The notes beneath the pieces were generated by a model, which worked only from the letters and a program-made list of their open reading frames with translations, made no database searches and was not told the DNA's origin. A stretch of DNA of 64,000 nt from a virus. Taxonomy: Duplodnaviria > Heunggongvirae > Uroviricota > Caudoviricetes. Below, in pieces: positions 36,482 through 45,091 of this stretch (the first letter of the stretch is position 1; each line of letters starts with the position of its first letter). The translations under genes and the position numbers were made by a program. The DNA is taken from positions 32,001-96,000 of IMG/VR virus record IMGVR_UViG_3300021255_000114. The stretch is one strand, 5' to 3'.

Positions 36482-37522
36482 ATGGCAGATTATAATGATA
36501 ACTCTCCATTCGTGGAGGAAGAAAAGAAAAATCGTGAGGACGTTTATAAGAAAAAAGTTTTTGACCCGAAGATTTATCTCAACGTCAAACTTGCAGAGGA
36601 CGAAGACACTAGGGAAGTGAGAATAAGAATTCTTCCGGCAAGTCCGACTACAAAAAAAATTTCCACAGACATTCATATCCATAGCATGAAAGTGCCCACT
36701 GAGGTTGCGAAGAGCGGCTTCAAGGCATTCACCTGCCTTAATGACCAGCATATCGATGAGACTATGCGTGATTCTCGTGGATGCCCGTTTTGCAACGCTT
36801 TTGATGCATATAAAGCCGAGGCGATGAAATTGAAGGATGCTGATGGCAACATTAGCAACAGCATTCAATGGAAGGCACTTTGGAAGGAAGCATATAAATA
36901 TCAGCCGAAGACAGCACACATTGTTAGAGTTATTGATCGTGACAATGAATCTGAAGGTGTGAAGTTTTGGCGTTTTAACGAGTGGGATAACGGTAAGGGA
37001 TGCTATGACTATCTGAAAGATATCTATAAGGAATACAATGAAAATGCAGCCAAGAAAGCATTCAGGAATGAATTCAAAAAGAGTGCGACAAAAGAAGAAC
37101 TCGAAAATTATATGAGGGATGAGTACGGTAGGATTAAGGAATTCTACAATGTATTTGACCTTTATGAAGGCCACGACATAAAACTTACCCTTACACGTGG
37201 CGAAAAAACCAAGGATCGCACCGAGATCAAGATTATGGCTGACCTTGAAGAAACACCTCTATCAGATAACGAAACACAGATAGATGCATGGATTAATGAT
37301 GTGAAGACTTGGAATGACGCATATGTTGTCAAAAACTATGATTTTATGGAGGTTGTTCTTAACGGTGGTATTCCGGTATACGATAAGACCGTAGGTAAAT
37401 ATGTTTCCAAGGAAGAGAAAGAGGAAAGTGATGCACAGGCTGAACAACAGGCGGCTGAAGAAATCAGGAAGGCTGGTGAAGTGGTAGTTGAAGATAATCC
37501 CGACGAAGACCTTCCGTTCTAA
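36482..37522 (+). CDS. gp32-like single-stranded DNA-binding protein
   Basis: RIRILPA...H...C...CPFC zinc site, VRVIDRDNESEGVKFWRF and an acidic tail ending DEDLPF. Confidence 0.85.
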   Translation: MADYNDNSPFVEEEKKNREDVYKKKVFDPKIYLNVKLAEDEDTREVRIRILPASPTTKKISTDIHIHSMKVPTEVAKSGFKAFTCLNDQHIDETMRDSRGCPFCNAFDAYKAEAMKLKDADGNISNSIQWKALWKEAYKYQPKTAHIVRVIDRDNESEGVKFWRFNEWDNGKGCYDYLKDIYKEYNENAAKKAFRNEFKKSATKEELENYMRDEYGRIKEFYNVFDLYEGHDIKLTLTRGEKTKDRTEIKIMADLEETPLSDNETQIDAWINDVKTWNDAYVVKNYDFMEVVLNGGIPVYDKTVGKYVSKEEKEESDAQAEQQAAEEIRKAGEVVVEDNPDEDLPF

Positions 37523-37534
37523 ATTTTGTAAAAA

Positions 37535-37559
37535 ATGGGCTGGCATTTGTTCAGCCCAT
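37535..37559 (+). terminator. Hairpin after the SSB gene
   Basis: ATGGGCTG-loop-CAGCCCAT with a weak T-tract. Confidence 0.45.
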
Positions 37560-37585
37560 ATGTTTCATATATTAACGTATTCTTT

Positions 37586-38191
37586 ATGAAGAAATTATAT
37601 TTCATATACGGCCCGATGGGTTGTAGTAAAAGTGCAAATCTTCTTATGAAGGCATACGCTTTTGAAAAAAATAATATACCCGTCATGCTTATAAAACCTT
37701 CTGTTGATACAAGAGATGGAAAAACTATAATAAAAAGCCGCATTGGGCTTGAGCACGAGGCATATGTATGGGATAAGGACAAGCCTAATGAATTATGGTC
37801 TTTAATCGTTGAGTTTATGTCTAAGGGAAGGAAATATCCGGAATGGTTATTGGTTGACGAATCACAGTTTTTAACACCAGAGCAGGTTGATAAATTGGCA
37901 TGGGTTGTTGATGAATTGCAATTGGCAAATATAATGTGTTATGGGTTAAGAACTGACTTTCGAAGTCAGTTATTCCCAGGATCAAGAAGGCTTTTTGAAA
38001 TAGCAGATTCCATCGAAGAACTCAAATTAACTTGTGAATGTGGAAGAAAAGCAATAATAAACGCAAGGGTTGACGGACGGAATAAAATTATACTGGACGG
38101 CAATCAAATTGAGTTGGGTGGTGACGAGAAATATGTTTCGATGTGCAGAAAATGTTATAATAGAAAAATTAACGAACAAAGATTATGTTAA
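37586..38191 (+). CDS. tdk: Thymidine kinase
   Basis: LYFIYGPMGCSKSANLL, KPSVDTR, LVDESQFL, CYGLRTDF, C-x-C...CRKC. Start moved to the ATG at 37586. Confidence 0.95.
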   Translation: MKKLYFIYGPMGCSKSANLLMKAYAFEKNNIPVMLIKPSVDTRDGKTIIKSRIGLEHEAYVWDKDKPNELWSLIVEFMSKGRKYPEWLLVDESQFLTPEQVDKLAWVVDELQLANIMCYGLRTDFRSQLFPGSRRLFEIADSIEELKLTCECGRKAIINARVDGRNKIILDGNQIELGGDEKYVSMCRKCYNRKINEQRLC

Positions 38192-38577
38192 ACGAACAAA
38201 TAAAGGAAATACAGTGCAGAATCAATGAATTGCAGGATCAGTTGAATGAACTCCAAATCCAAGAGAGGAAAAACAATCTTAACCTTGAATGGATTAAACC
38301 TAACACGTACATTGAATATGATTTTATGCCAGACATAACAGGATATATGAAGGTACTTAAACTTGAAAAGGGAGAGAATGAATCATCTGTTATGGTGTAT
38401 GGTAAACGTGTTATTATTAAACATAAGGATGTATCAACACAGGTTTCTTTCAACTCCTATGATAACTTCCAAATTGAAATTCTTGATGAATATAGCCACA
38501 AGATAAAGGAAATCAGTGAGGAAAAATGGAACGAAATTTATACGAAGGCTAAAGACTTTGTAATGTCATTTGACTAA
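38185..38577 (+). CDS. Hypothetical protein
   Basis: 130 aa with an N-terminal coiled coil. Confidence 0.7.
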   Translation: MLNEQIKEIQCRINELQDQLNELQIQERKNNLNLEWIKPNTYIEYDFMPDITGYMKVLKLEKGENESSVMVYGKRVIIKHKDVSTQVSFNSYDNFQIEILDEYSHKIKEISEEKWNEIYTKAKDFVMSFD

Positions 38578-38584
38578 ACCATAA

Positions 38585-38860
38585 ATGATTATGTTAGATA
38601 AGGATAAATTACATATTATATTCTACGTCAATGTCAAAAATATTGATGAAGTTGATGTTCCGACATATCTGGAAGAAGTTGCGAATTCAATCTCAAAAGA
38701 TAATGACGGAAGTGTGATATATTATTTTATCCCAACCACAGAAGACAGGGAGAATTGGATAGAATTTCATTGGCCACCGTATATTCCGGATGAAGAGCAT
38801 AAATTACCGGATAATTTAGTGGAATATATAGAAGAAAATAATATTAATGTAAAACAATAA
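38585..38860 (+). CDS. Hypothetical protein
   Basis: 91-aa ORF within the operon. Confidence 0.7.
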   Translation: MIMLDKDKLHIIFYVNVKNIDEVDVPTYLEEVANSISKDNDGSVIYYFIPTTEDRENWIEFHWPPYIPDEEHKLPDNLVEYIEENNINVKQ

Positions 38861-38865
38861 AATAC

Positions 38866-39996
38866 ATGAAACAAGCAGTTAAAAAAGGTGCGGGAGTAAA
38901 ATCACTATCACCCGCTGACAAGTTGGCCGCATTAAAGGCTTTTAAGGAAAGTAATAATTTAACCGGAGCAAAGGAAAAAGATCCTTCATGGATTATTTTG
39001 CCAGAGGCGTTTCAAACAGCAACAAGACTTCCTGGTATTCCACAGGGCTATGTGTCAGCCATCCGTGGTCATTCAAATACAGGTAAATCAACTCTTAAAT
39101 TGGAAGTTATCAAGGCGGCACAGGCACAGGGTATAATCCCCGTTGTGTTTGAGTTGGAAAACAATTTTGCTTGGAAACATGCAAAATGCATGGGTGTAAA
39201 CATTAATGAGTATCCTGATGAGGAAACGGGTGAAATTATGTATGGCCCTGGTGATGATATGCTTTATTATGATACAGCCAAACTTTATGAATTGTATGGT
39301 AAGTTCGACCATGAACATGGCAAATGGCTATCAAAGCCCGCACGTGAAACTTACGTCATCGAAGATGTGGCTATGTGTATCAAAGATCTTATCCGCAAAC
39401 AGCGCGAGGGTGAACTACCATTTGATATGGTATTCATCATTGATAGTATAGGTGTGGGAGACTGTTACCGTAGTGCCACAAGCAATAGTTCAAATAATCA
39501 ATGGTTTGCCGGTGCATTGTCGAATTCATTCAATACAATTGTCAACGACCTTATACCATCATCAAGGAATGTCAATTCACCTTATTTAAATACATTGTTT
39601 GTTGTTCAAAAGATATGGGTTGCATCTACAGCTATGGGTCTCCCTTCAGTTAAAAATAAAGGCGGACAGACTTTGCAGTGGGCCTATAGAGTGCTCATTC
39701 ATCTAGGTGGTGTTGAAAGTGCAAGTATCAAGGCACTGAAGGCTACATCGGGTGGAAGAAACTATCAATTCGGGACACAGGTAAAAATTAAAGTTGAGAA
39801 AAACCACGTTGACAGTCTTACCTATGAGGGTGAAATTTGTTGTGTTGACCAAGGTCTTTGGGATCCAAACAAAATCGACAAGTACAAGAAGGAATACGGA
39901 GCATATATCAGACAGAAACTCGCCGACGGAGCAAACATGAGTGCTGAGGATATAGGAGATATCGAATATAGCGAGGAGGAAGTCACTGAAGGATAA
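38866..39996 (+). CDS. uvsX: RecA/UvsX-like recombinase
   Basis: GIPQGYVSAIRGHSNTGKST (Walker A), FIIDSIG (Walker B), KNKGG and KIKVEKNHV. Confidence 0.88.
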   Translation: MKQAVKKGAGVKSLSPADKLAALKAFKESNNLTGAKEKDPSWIILPEAFQTATRLPGIPQGYVSAIRGHSNTGKSTLKLEVIKAAQAQGIIPVVFELENNFAWKHAKCMGVNINEYPDEETGEIMYGPGDDMLYYDTAKLYELYGKFDHEHGKWLSKPARETYVIEDVAMCIKDLIRKQREGELPFDMVFIIDSIGVGDCYRSATSNSSNNQWFAGALSNSFNTIVNDLIPSSRNVNSPYLNTLFVVQKIWVASTAMGLPSVKNKGGQTLQWAYRVLIHLGGVESASIKALKATSGGRNYQFGTQVKIKVEKNHVDSLTYEGEICCVDQGLWDPNKIDKYKKEYGAYIRQKLADGANMSAEDIGDIEYSEEEVTEG

Positions 39997-40011
39997 TATT
40001 TTTAGATGTTT

Positions 40012-40044
40012 TTTGGAAAATACACTTAAGAAATAGTATATTTG
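40012..40044 (+). promoter_or_regulatory. Bacteroidota consensus promoter TTTG-N21-TATATTTG
   Basis: Exact match to the -33 TTTG / -7 TAnnTTTG consensus with a 21-nt spacer. Confidence 0.7.
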
Positions 40045-40079
40045 GGTAACAAGAACGAAAAATAATAATATAAAACATA

Positions 40080-40277
40080 ATGAACATGGCAAATAGTATT
40101 GAATCAATGATTAATGAGATGCTCAACAGCCTTGAGGATTGCCTTAACGATGCTAAGAAATTCGACAATGGCAATAAGAGTGCCGGTACACGTATTAGAA
40201 AAGTCATGCAGGAAATGAAGGTTTCTGCACAGACCGTTCGTGAGACCATCAGCCAGATCAAGAATGCTGAAAAGTAA
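40080..40277 (+). CDS. Histone H1-like Hc1-family small protein
   Basis: DAKKFDNGNKSAGTRIRKVMQEMKVSAQTVR carries the GNKAAGTRxRK signature. Confidence 0.85.
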   Translation: MNMANSIESMINEMLNSLEDCLNDAKKFDNGNKSAGTRIRKVMQEMKVSAQTVRETISQIKNAEK

Positions 40278-40297
40278 GTGAAAAATAGGTGAATAAC

Positions 40298-40337
40298 GAC
40301 CGGGGAAGGCAGCAATTCTGTTTTTCTCCGGTCTTTT
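40298..40337 (+). terminator. Rho-independent terminator
   Basis: GACCGGGGAAGGCAG-loop-CTGTTTTTCTCCGGTC-TTTT. Confidence 0.75.
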
Positions 40338-40348
40338 ATCTTAAAATT

Positions 40349-41257
40349 ATGTTTAACCGTGGTAAACTTTCTTTTAAAACATTGAATAATAATGAATGCG
40401 CTTCATTATTAAATGAAACACAACATAGAACCGATTTTTTAACACCATTAAAAAACGATATTACTGTTTTTATCGAAAAACGTATACATTCGGGTGTTAT
40501 TGGTGGAAACAACCATATAGACATGGCATATTCAAATGACAATGACTATTTCGATGTTATGTACATTCGTGTTTATCTTGTTACAAGCGAACAATATAAA
40601 ACCATTACAGGAAATGGAGGTGAGTTTTATAACGAGGAAAAATTAGAGAACGGGAAGATAAAAGAATGTTATCTTGATATACAAATAAAAATAAGTCCAG
40701 AAGGCCAAATTTACAGGCCTATATTAGAACAAATAGTAGACCATGAAATAAACCATATGTATGACGATTGGGAGTGGATAGTACTTGGCCACGAGCCGTT
40801 AAGTTTAACGAAAAAAATTAATATATCTGCAAAATTTATAGAGGATAACATTAATAGTAATGATGGTTTATTAAAAGCAATAGCATGGTGTTTGTATCTA
40901 TCTAAATGGACTGAAGAGAACGCACACGTTAACCAAGCTTATTCTGAGTTTCAAAAAGTAAAATTAACGCGTAGGAATGTTCACTGGAAACTTAAGTCAA
41001 CCAACGCCTATAGAAACTATAACAAAGCCAAAATAGATATGGAGTATTATGTTGGGAATACATCAGAGAATACTCTTAAAAACACCTATAATTCAATTAC
41101 ATCACAATATGGAAATATAGGTTTACCGGTACCGACAAAGGAGAACAAATACGGAGAAAAGTTACTAATGTGGGCTGAGAATATATTTAACCATTTCTTA
41201 AAACGTTATTGTTCAGAAGCGTCATTATATTTAGATAGATTGACAACGACAAAATGA
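40349..41257 (+). CDS. Putative zincin-like metallopeptidase (HExxH)
   Basis: IVDHEINHMYD plus downstream YL...EENAHV. Start moved to the ATG at 40349, after the terminator. Confidence 0.5.
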   Translation: MFNRGKLSFKTLNNNECASLLNETQHRTDFLTPLKNDITVFIEKRIHSGVIGGNNHIDMAYSNDNDYFDVMYIRVYLVTSEQYKTITGNGGEFYNEEKLENGKIKECYLDIQIKISPEGQIYRPILEQIVDHEINHMYDDWEWIVLGHEPLSLTKKINISAKFIEDNINSNDGLLKAIAWCLYLSKWTEENAHVNQAYSEFQKVKLTRRNVHWKLKSTNAYRNYNKAKIDMEYYVGNTSENTLKNTYNSITSQYGNIGLPVPTKENKYGEKLLMWAENIFNHFLKRYCSEASLYLDRLTTTK

Positions 41258-42432
41258 CACAACCAATACCTAAACGGATAATTGAAACAAAACCTGAAAT
41301 GGCAGTAAAGAAGTTCAATACATTGTTAATTGATGCATCGAATCTTATGGAGGTATGCTTTGCTGCTAATAAAACCCTAAATACTCAAGGACAAGAAGTA
41401 GGAGCGATATTTTCCTTTTTATTGCAAATTAAATTACTTTTAAGAAAAGGTAATTTTAAATATATATATGCTTTCTTTGACGGTCAAAATTCAGGAGTAC
41501 TCCGTAATAATCAAGTTCCTGATTATAAACAGAATAGAGATAAAACATATGATGAATCAGATTTATCTGATTATGCAAAGGCGCTTAACCAATATATGCG
41601 CTATATGCAGGAACATGTATACAAAAAGAAGAAGCAATCCAAAACCGAAGACGAAAAGGCTTCATTCTTCAGACAACGCAATATTTTGATACAATGCCTT
41701 GATGAATTGTTCATCAGGGTACTTGAATGTGATGGAACGGAGGCGGATGATTTCATTGGGTATTATGTTTCACATAAGAAGCCGGAGGAACGAATCGTTA
41801 TTGTTTCCAATGACAGGGATTTAACACAACTTATATCCGATGATGTGATAGTCTATGTTCAATCTATGAAGGATTTTGTAAATACTAAGAATCATAGGGA
41901 GAAAATGGGATATGACTATCATAACGTACTTCTCAAGAAGGTTATCTGTGGTGATACATCGGACAACATCAAAGGTATTAAAGGTGTGGGTGAAACAACA
42001 TTGCTCAATAATTTTCCTGAAATACGTGAAAGGGAGGTTACACTTGACGAGATAATCGAGAAGGCTAGATTAATCAATGAAGAACGTGTAAAAGAGAAGA
42101 AAAAACCTTTAAAATGGGCGGAAAATATCGTAAACAGGGTAACTGATGGTTGTCAAGGGGAAGAAGTATATGAGTTAAATGAAAAAATCATCAATCTTAA
42201 AGATCCTCTTATGCCGGATGAAGCAAAAGAACTTTTAGAACAGTTTATGTATGCTCCATTGGATCCGGAAGGGCGTAGTTTTGACAACCTATATAGGATA
42301 TTGTGCGAAGCCGGTGTAGATGAACTAAAAGATGAAAGAAGTTTCGGTAATTTTTTCAGCGAATTCAATTATCTGATAGATAGCGAAACAAAGGAATGGA
42401 AGAAATATTTGGAAAATTCGAATGAAAAATAG
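41254..42432 (+). CDS. 5'-3' exonuclease/flap endonuclease (T4 RNase H / PolI N-terminal-like)
   Basis: LLIDASNL, FFDG, YKQNR, EADDFIG, SNDRDLTQL and GDTSDNIKGIKGVGETT. Confidence 0.93.
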   Translation: MTQPIPKRIIETKPEMAVKKFNTLLIDASNLMEVCFAANKTLNTQGQEVGAIFSFLLQIKLLLRKGNFKYIYAFFDGQNSGVLRNNQVPDYKQNRDKTYDESDLSDYAKALNQYMRYMQEHVYKKKKQSKTEDEKASFFRQRNILIQCLDELFIRVLECDGTEADDFIGYYVSHKKPEERIVIVSNDRDLTQLISDDVIVYVQSMKDFVNTKNHREKMGYDYHNVLLKKVICGDTSDNIKGIKGVGETTLLNNFPEIREREVTLDEIIEKARLINEERVKEKKKPLKWAENIVNRVTDGCQGEEVYELNEKIINLKDPLMPDEAKELLEQFMYAPLDPEGRSFDNLYRILCEAGVDELKDERSFGNFFSEFNYLIDSETKEWKKYLENSNEK

Positions 42433-42440
42433 TATATTTA
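42408..42440 (+). promoter_or_regulatory. Bacteroidota-type promoter TTTG-N21-TATATTTA
   Basis: TTTGGAAAA-N10-AAATAGTATATTT, the same layout as 40012-40044. Confidence 0.6.
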
Positions 42441-42490
42441 AAAAAGAAACGGCTAAGTAATTTATTGTTTAACTTTCAAAACGATTTTCA

Positions 42491-43477
42491 ATGAATCAAG
42501 AAGAAATTAAAAAGGAAGTAAAAGTTGATAACAGTGCCTATAGGGATAGGTTTAGGTTTTTATTTTCCGCAAATGAAAACATCGTATGTGAACGTTTTTT
42601 TAAAATCAACCATTTTAATCTGTCTTCACTTTATTCAGAAGAATTGAAGGACACGATTGAGGCAATTGTCGAAAACATTCAGAACGATTTGAAATCCAAG
42701 AGTAGAATATACGATTGGTACACAACAGCAGGTCCTGTTAAGATTACAGGATTCAAGCCAAATGGTATGGGCTTGCAGAACAAGGATAGCCAATACGTTG
42801 TTTATCCTGAAAAACAGCCGGAGGCTGAGAGTGAAAAGGAAAGTGCAGGCAATACCGCAATAGAGCCCTATGCGGTCACTTTTAAGTTTGAGTTTCAGAT
42901 GGCTCAGAAAATTGAAACTAATCCAGAGGATGGTAAACCTGTTTTTTCTGATTATAAGACAATTTATGTCGCTATTTGGGATGGAACCGTTTACCAAAAA
43001 GATATCCGCAATAGCGTTGACCTCTCAAATTCCATTTCTTCATATAGGGACAGTGATATCAATTCAATGAACTTTATCCGTACACTCAATTATCGAATGG
43101 TAAACGGCAAAACTGACCTTATTTATGACACAATTAAACGCATCTGTGAAACAACAAGCGGTGAAGGCAAGACCTATACGAGTAGTATGTTCTATGGTAC
43201 AGAACATGTTGTTTCCGCCAAGGAAGGAAACAGTTTCAAGAAGTGCCAAGACAAATACTATCAGATTTACCAACGTGACAATAATGTAATTACCGGTGCT
43301 ACCCACAAAGAGATATATCGCTCGAATGATGGAAAACACTACGTAAAACGTAATGACGGTAATTATATGGAAGTGGTCGAATACACGTATGACCCGTACA
43401 GCAAGTATGTTAAATCGTGGGAAATGGCCGTCAAGGCAAAGACCGAAGAATACAAACGCACTTTTTCCGGTCGATAA
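42491..43477 (+). CDS. Hypothetical protein (replication cluster)
   Basis: 328-aa ORF between the exonuclease and helicase genes. Confidence 0.75.
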   Translation: MNQEEIKKEVKVDNSAYRDRFRFLFSANENIVCERFFKINHFNLSSLYSEELKDTIEAIVENIQNDLKSKSRIYDWYTTAGPVKITGFKPNGMGLQNKDSQYVVYPEKQPEAESEKESAGNTAIEPYAVTFKFEFQMAQKIETNPEDGKPVFSDYKTIYVAIWDGTVYQKDIRNSVDLSNSISSYRDSDINSMNFIRTLNYRMVNGKTDLIYDTIKRICETTSGEGKTYTSSMFYGTEHVVSAKEGNSFKKCQDKYYQIYQRDNNVITGATHKEIYRSNDGKHYVKRNDGNYMEVVEYTYDPYSKYVKSWEMAVKAKTEEYKRTFSGR

Positions 43478-43495
43478 TTGTGTAACTTGGATAAA

Positions 43496-43527
43496 GCCAC
43501 ACTATAGAGTTATAGTGTGGCCTTTTT
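43496..43527 (+). terminator. Rho-independent terminator
   Basis: GCCACACTATA-GAGT-TATAGTGTGGC-CTTTTT, a perfect 11-bp stem. Confidence 0.8.
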
Positions 43528-43545
43528 CCGCTAAACAGATTTTAA

Positions 43546-44985
43546 ATGGCAAGACCGAAAAAGACCGTTAATGATTTAAGCCTTTTTAGTTATGACTACC
43601 AGTGCTCCATCCTTAAGATGTTTATGGAGAATGATGAATTCTCCCTGTCAACCATTGATACTATGGATCAGAATCATTTTACGGGCAGTCCTGAACTACG
43701 TAAAATTGCCGGTATCATTAAGGATAAAGTCTCCAAACTGAACCGAAGGATTTCATACGAAGAACTTGAAATATGGTTAAATAACTCAATCGAGGATGCA
43801 ATTACGCTCGAGAATTGTATCACTATAGTCAACGAGAAACTTAAAAAAAACAAATACAGTGAGGCCGAACTTACCACCATCAAGGAAGAGTATCATAATT
43901 TTCTTGTTGCGATGGAAACCATCAAACTTGGTAATGAGATAAACGAGCGCAATAAAGAAGGCGCAACCAAGGATGACATAATGGCTATTGTCAAGAAATA
44001 TGATGAAAAAACCACCTTTGAGGAAGTAACCGCAAGAGCCATCAATATGGATGATGACCATTTTGAGTCACTTATGGCTGACGATAACTGCGAAGTTGTT
44101 CCCACAGGTTGTCCGGAACTTGACAAACGTCTTGGTGGTGGTATGCGTAAAGGGGACTTTGGTATTCTTGTAGCAGGAACCGGTATCGGTAAAACCTGTG
44201 TTACAAGTGGCTTTGCTGCATATGCCGCATGGCATGGATATAAAGTTGCACATGTTATTTTGGAGGATAAACCCGATGATATCGATGCGAAATATCTTGG
44301 ATATATCCTGAATCAGCCGGTAAGTTCATTCAGGGGAAAATATGCAACACAAGAAGACAGGGATGAACTAAGGGCGAAACGAGAACAGGTAAAGGATAAA
44401 TTATCAAAAACCTTAAAGGAAAATATCCGTCAAATATCCGCGATCGATAGTAAGAAAAAGATACACCCTATGACAATTAGGGACATCGACAATAAACTTA
44501 CTAAACTTGAGGCAGAAGGATTCTATCCTGATATTGTTATTATCGACTATTTTGACAGAATACGGTGCGCGGTTCCAAATATCGAAATATGGAGGAAAGA
44601 CAGTATATTATCCGATGAACTTAATGAGCTTGCAGTCAACCATAATATAGCAATGTGGGTGCCAAGCCAAGGCAACAAGAGCGTTCAGGATAGGGCCACG
44701 AAAATCAATATATCCAATATGTCAGGAGGAGCATGGAAAGGATTTACGGCACAAATCGTAATTTCAATGCAGAAAGACGCTGACGATATGTCGACGAAGA
44801 ATACCGTGGTTCAGATGCTTAAAAACCGTTATAACAATGATTTTTCACCAATTGTCATTGAATTTGACAACGGAACTTGCAGGTTTGGAGATGTTTTGAA
44901 TGATATTTCTCCGATAACAGATGGGGATGGAAATGAGGTGGCGGACGAAGTATATGACAGAAATAAGAAGTCGAAAAAACTTTAA
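43546..44985 (+). CDS. DnaB/gp41-like replicative helicase
   Basis: PTGCPELDKRLGGG, AGTGIGKT, VIIDYFD, WVPSQ and LKNRY. Confidence 0.92.
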   Translation: MARPKKTVNDLSLFSYDYQCSILKMFMENDEFSLSTIDTMDQNHFTGSPELRKIAGIIKDKVSKLNRRISYEELEIWLNNSIEDAITLENCITIVNEKLKKNKYSEAELTTIKEEYHNFLVAMETIKLGNEINERNKEGATKDDIMAIVKKYDEKTTFEEVTARAINMDDDHFESLMADDNCEVVPTGCPELDKRLGGGMRKGDFGILVAGTGIGKTCVTSGFAAYAAWHGYKVAHVILEDKPDDIDAKYLGYILNQPVSSFRGKYATQEDRDELRAKREQVKDKLSKTLKENIRQISAIDSKKKIHPMTIRDIDNKLTKLEAEGFYPDIVIIDYFDRIRCAVPNIEIWRKDSILSDELNELAVNHNIAMWVPSQGNKSVQDRATKINISNMSGGAWKGFTAQIVISMQKDADDMSTKNTVVQMLKNRYNNDFSPIVIEFDNGTCRFGDVLNDISPITDGDGNEVADEVYDRNKKSKKL

Positions 44986-45091
44986 AAATTTTTAAGTAAG
45001 GCTATCAGCGAGTTAAATAAAATGCATAGATGTTCAGAATTCAATTTACATTTTTGAAGACTATGTATTATTTACTAACGATTTTTAATTT

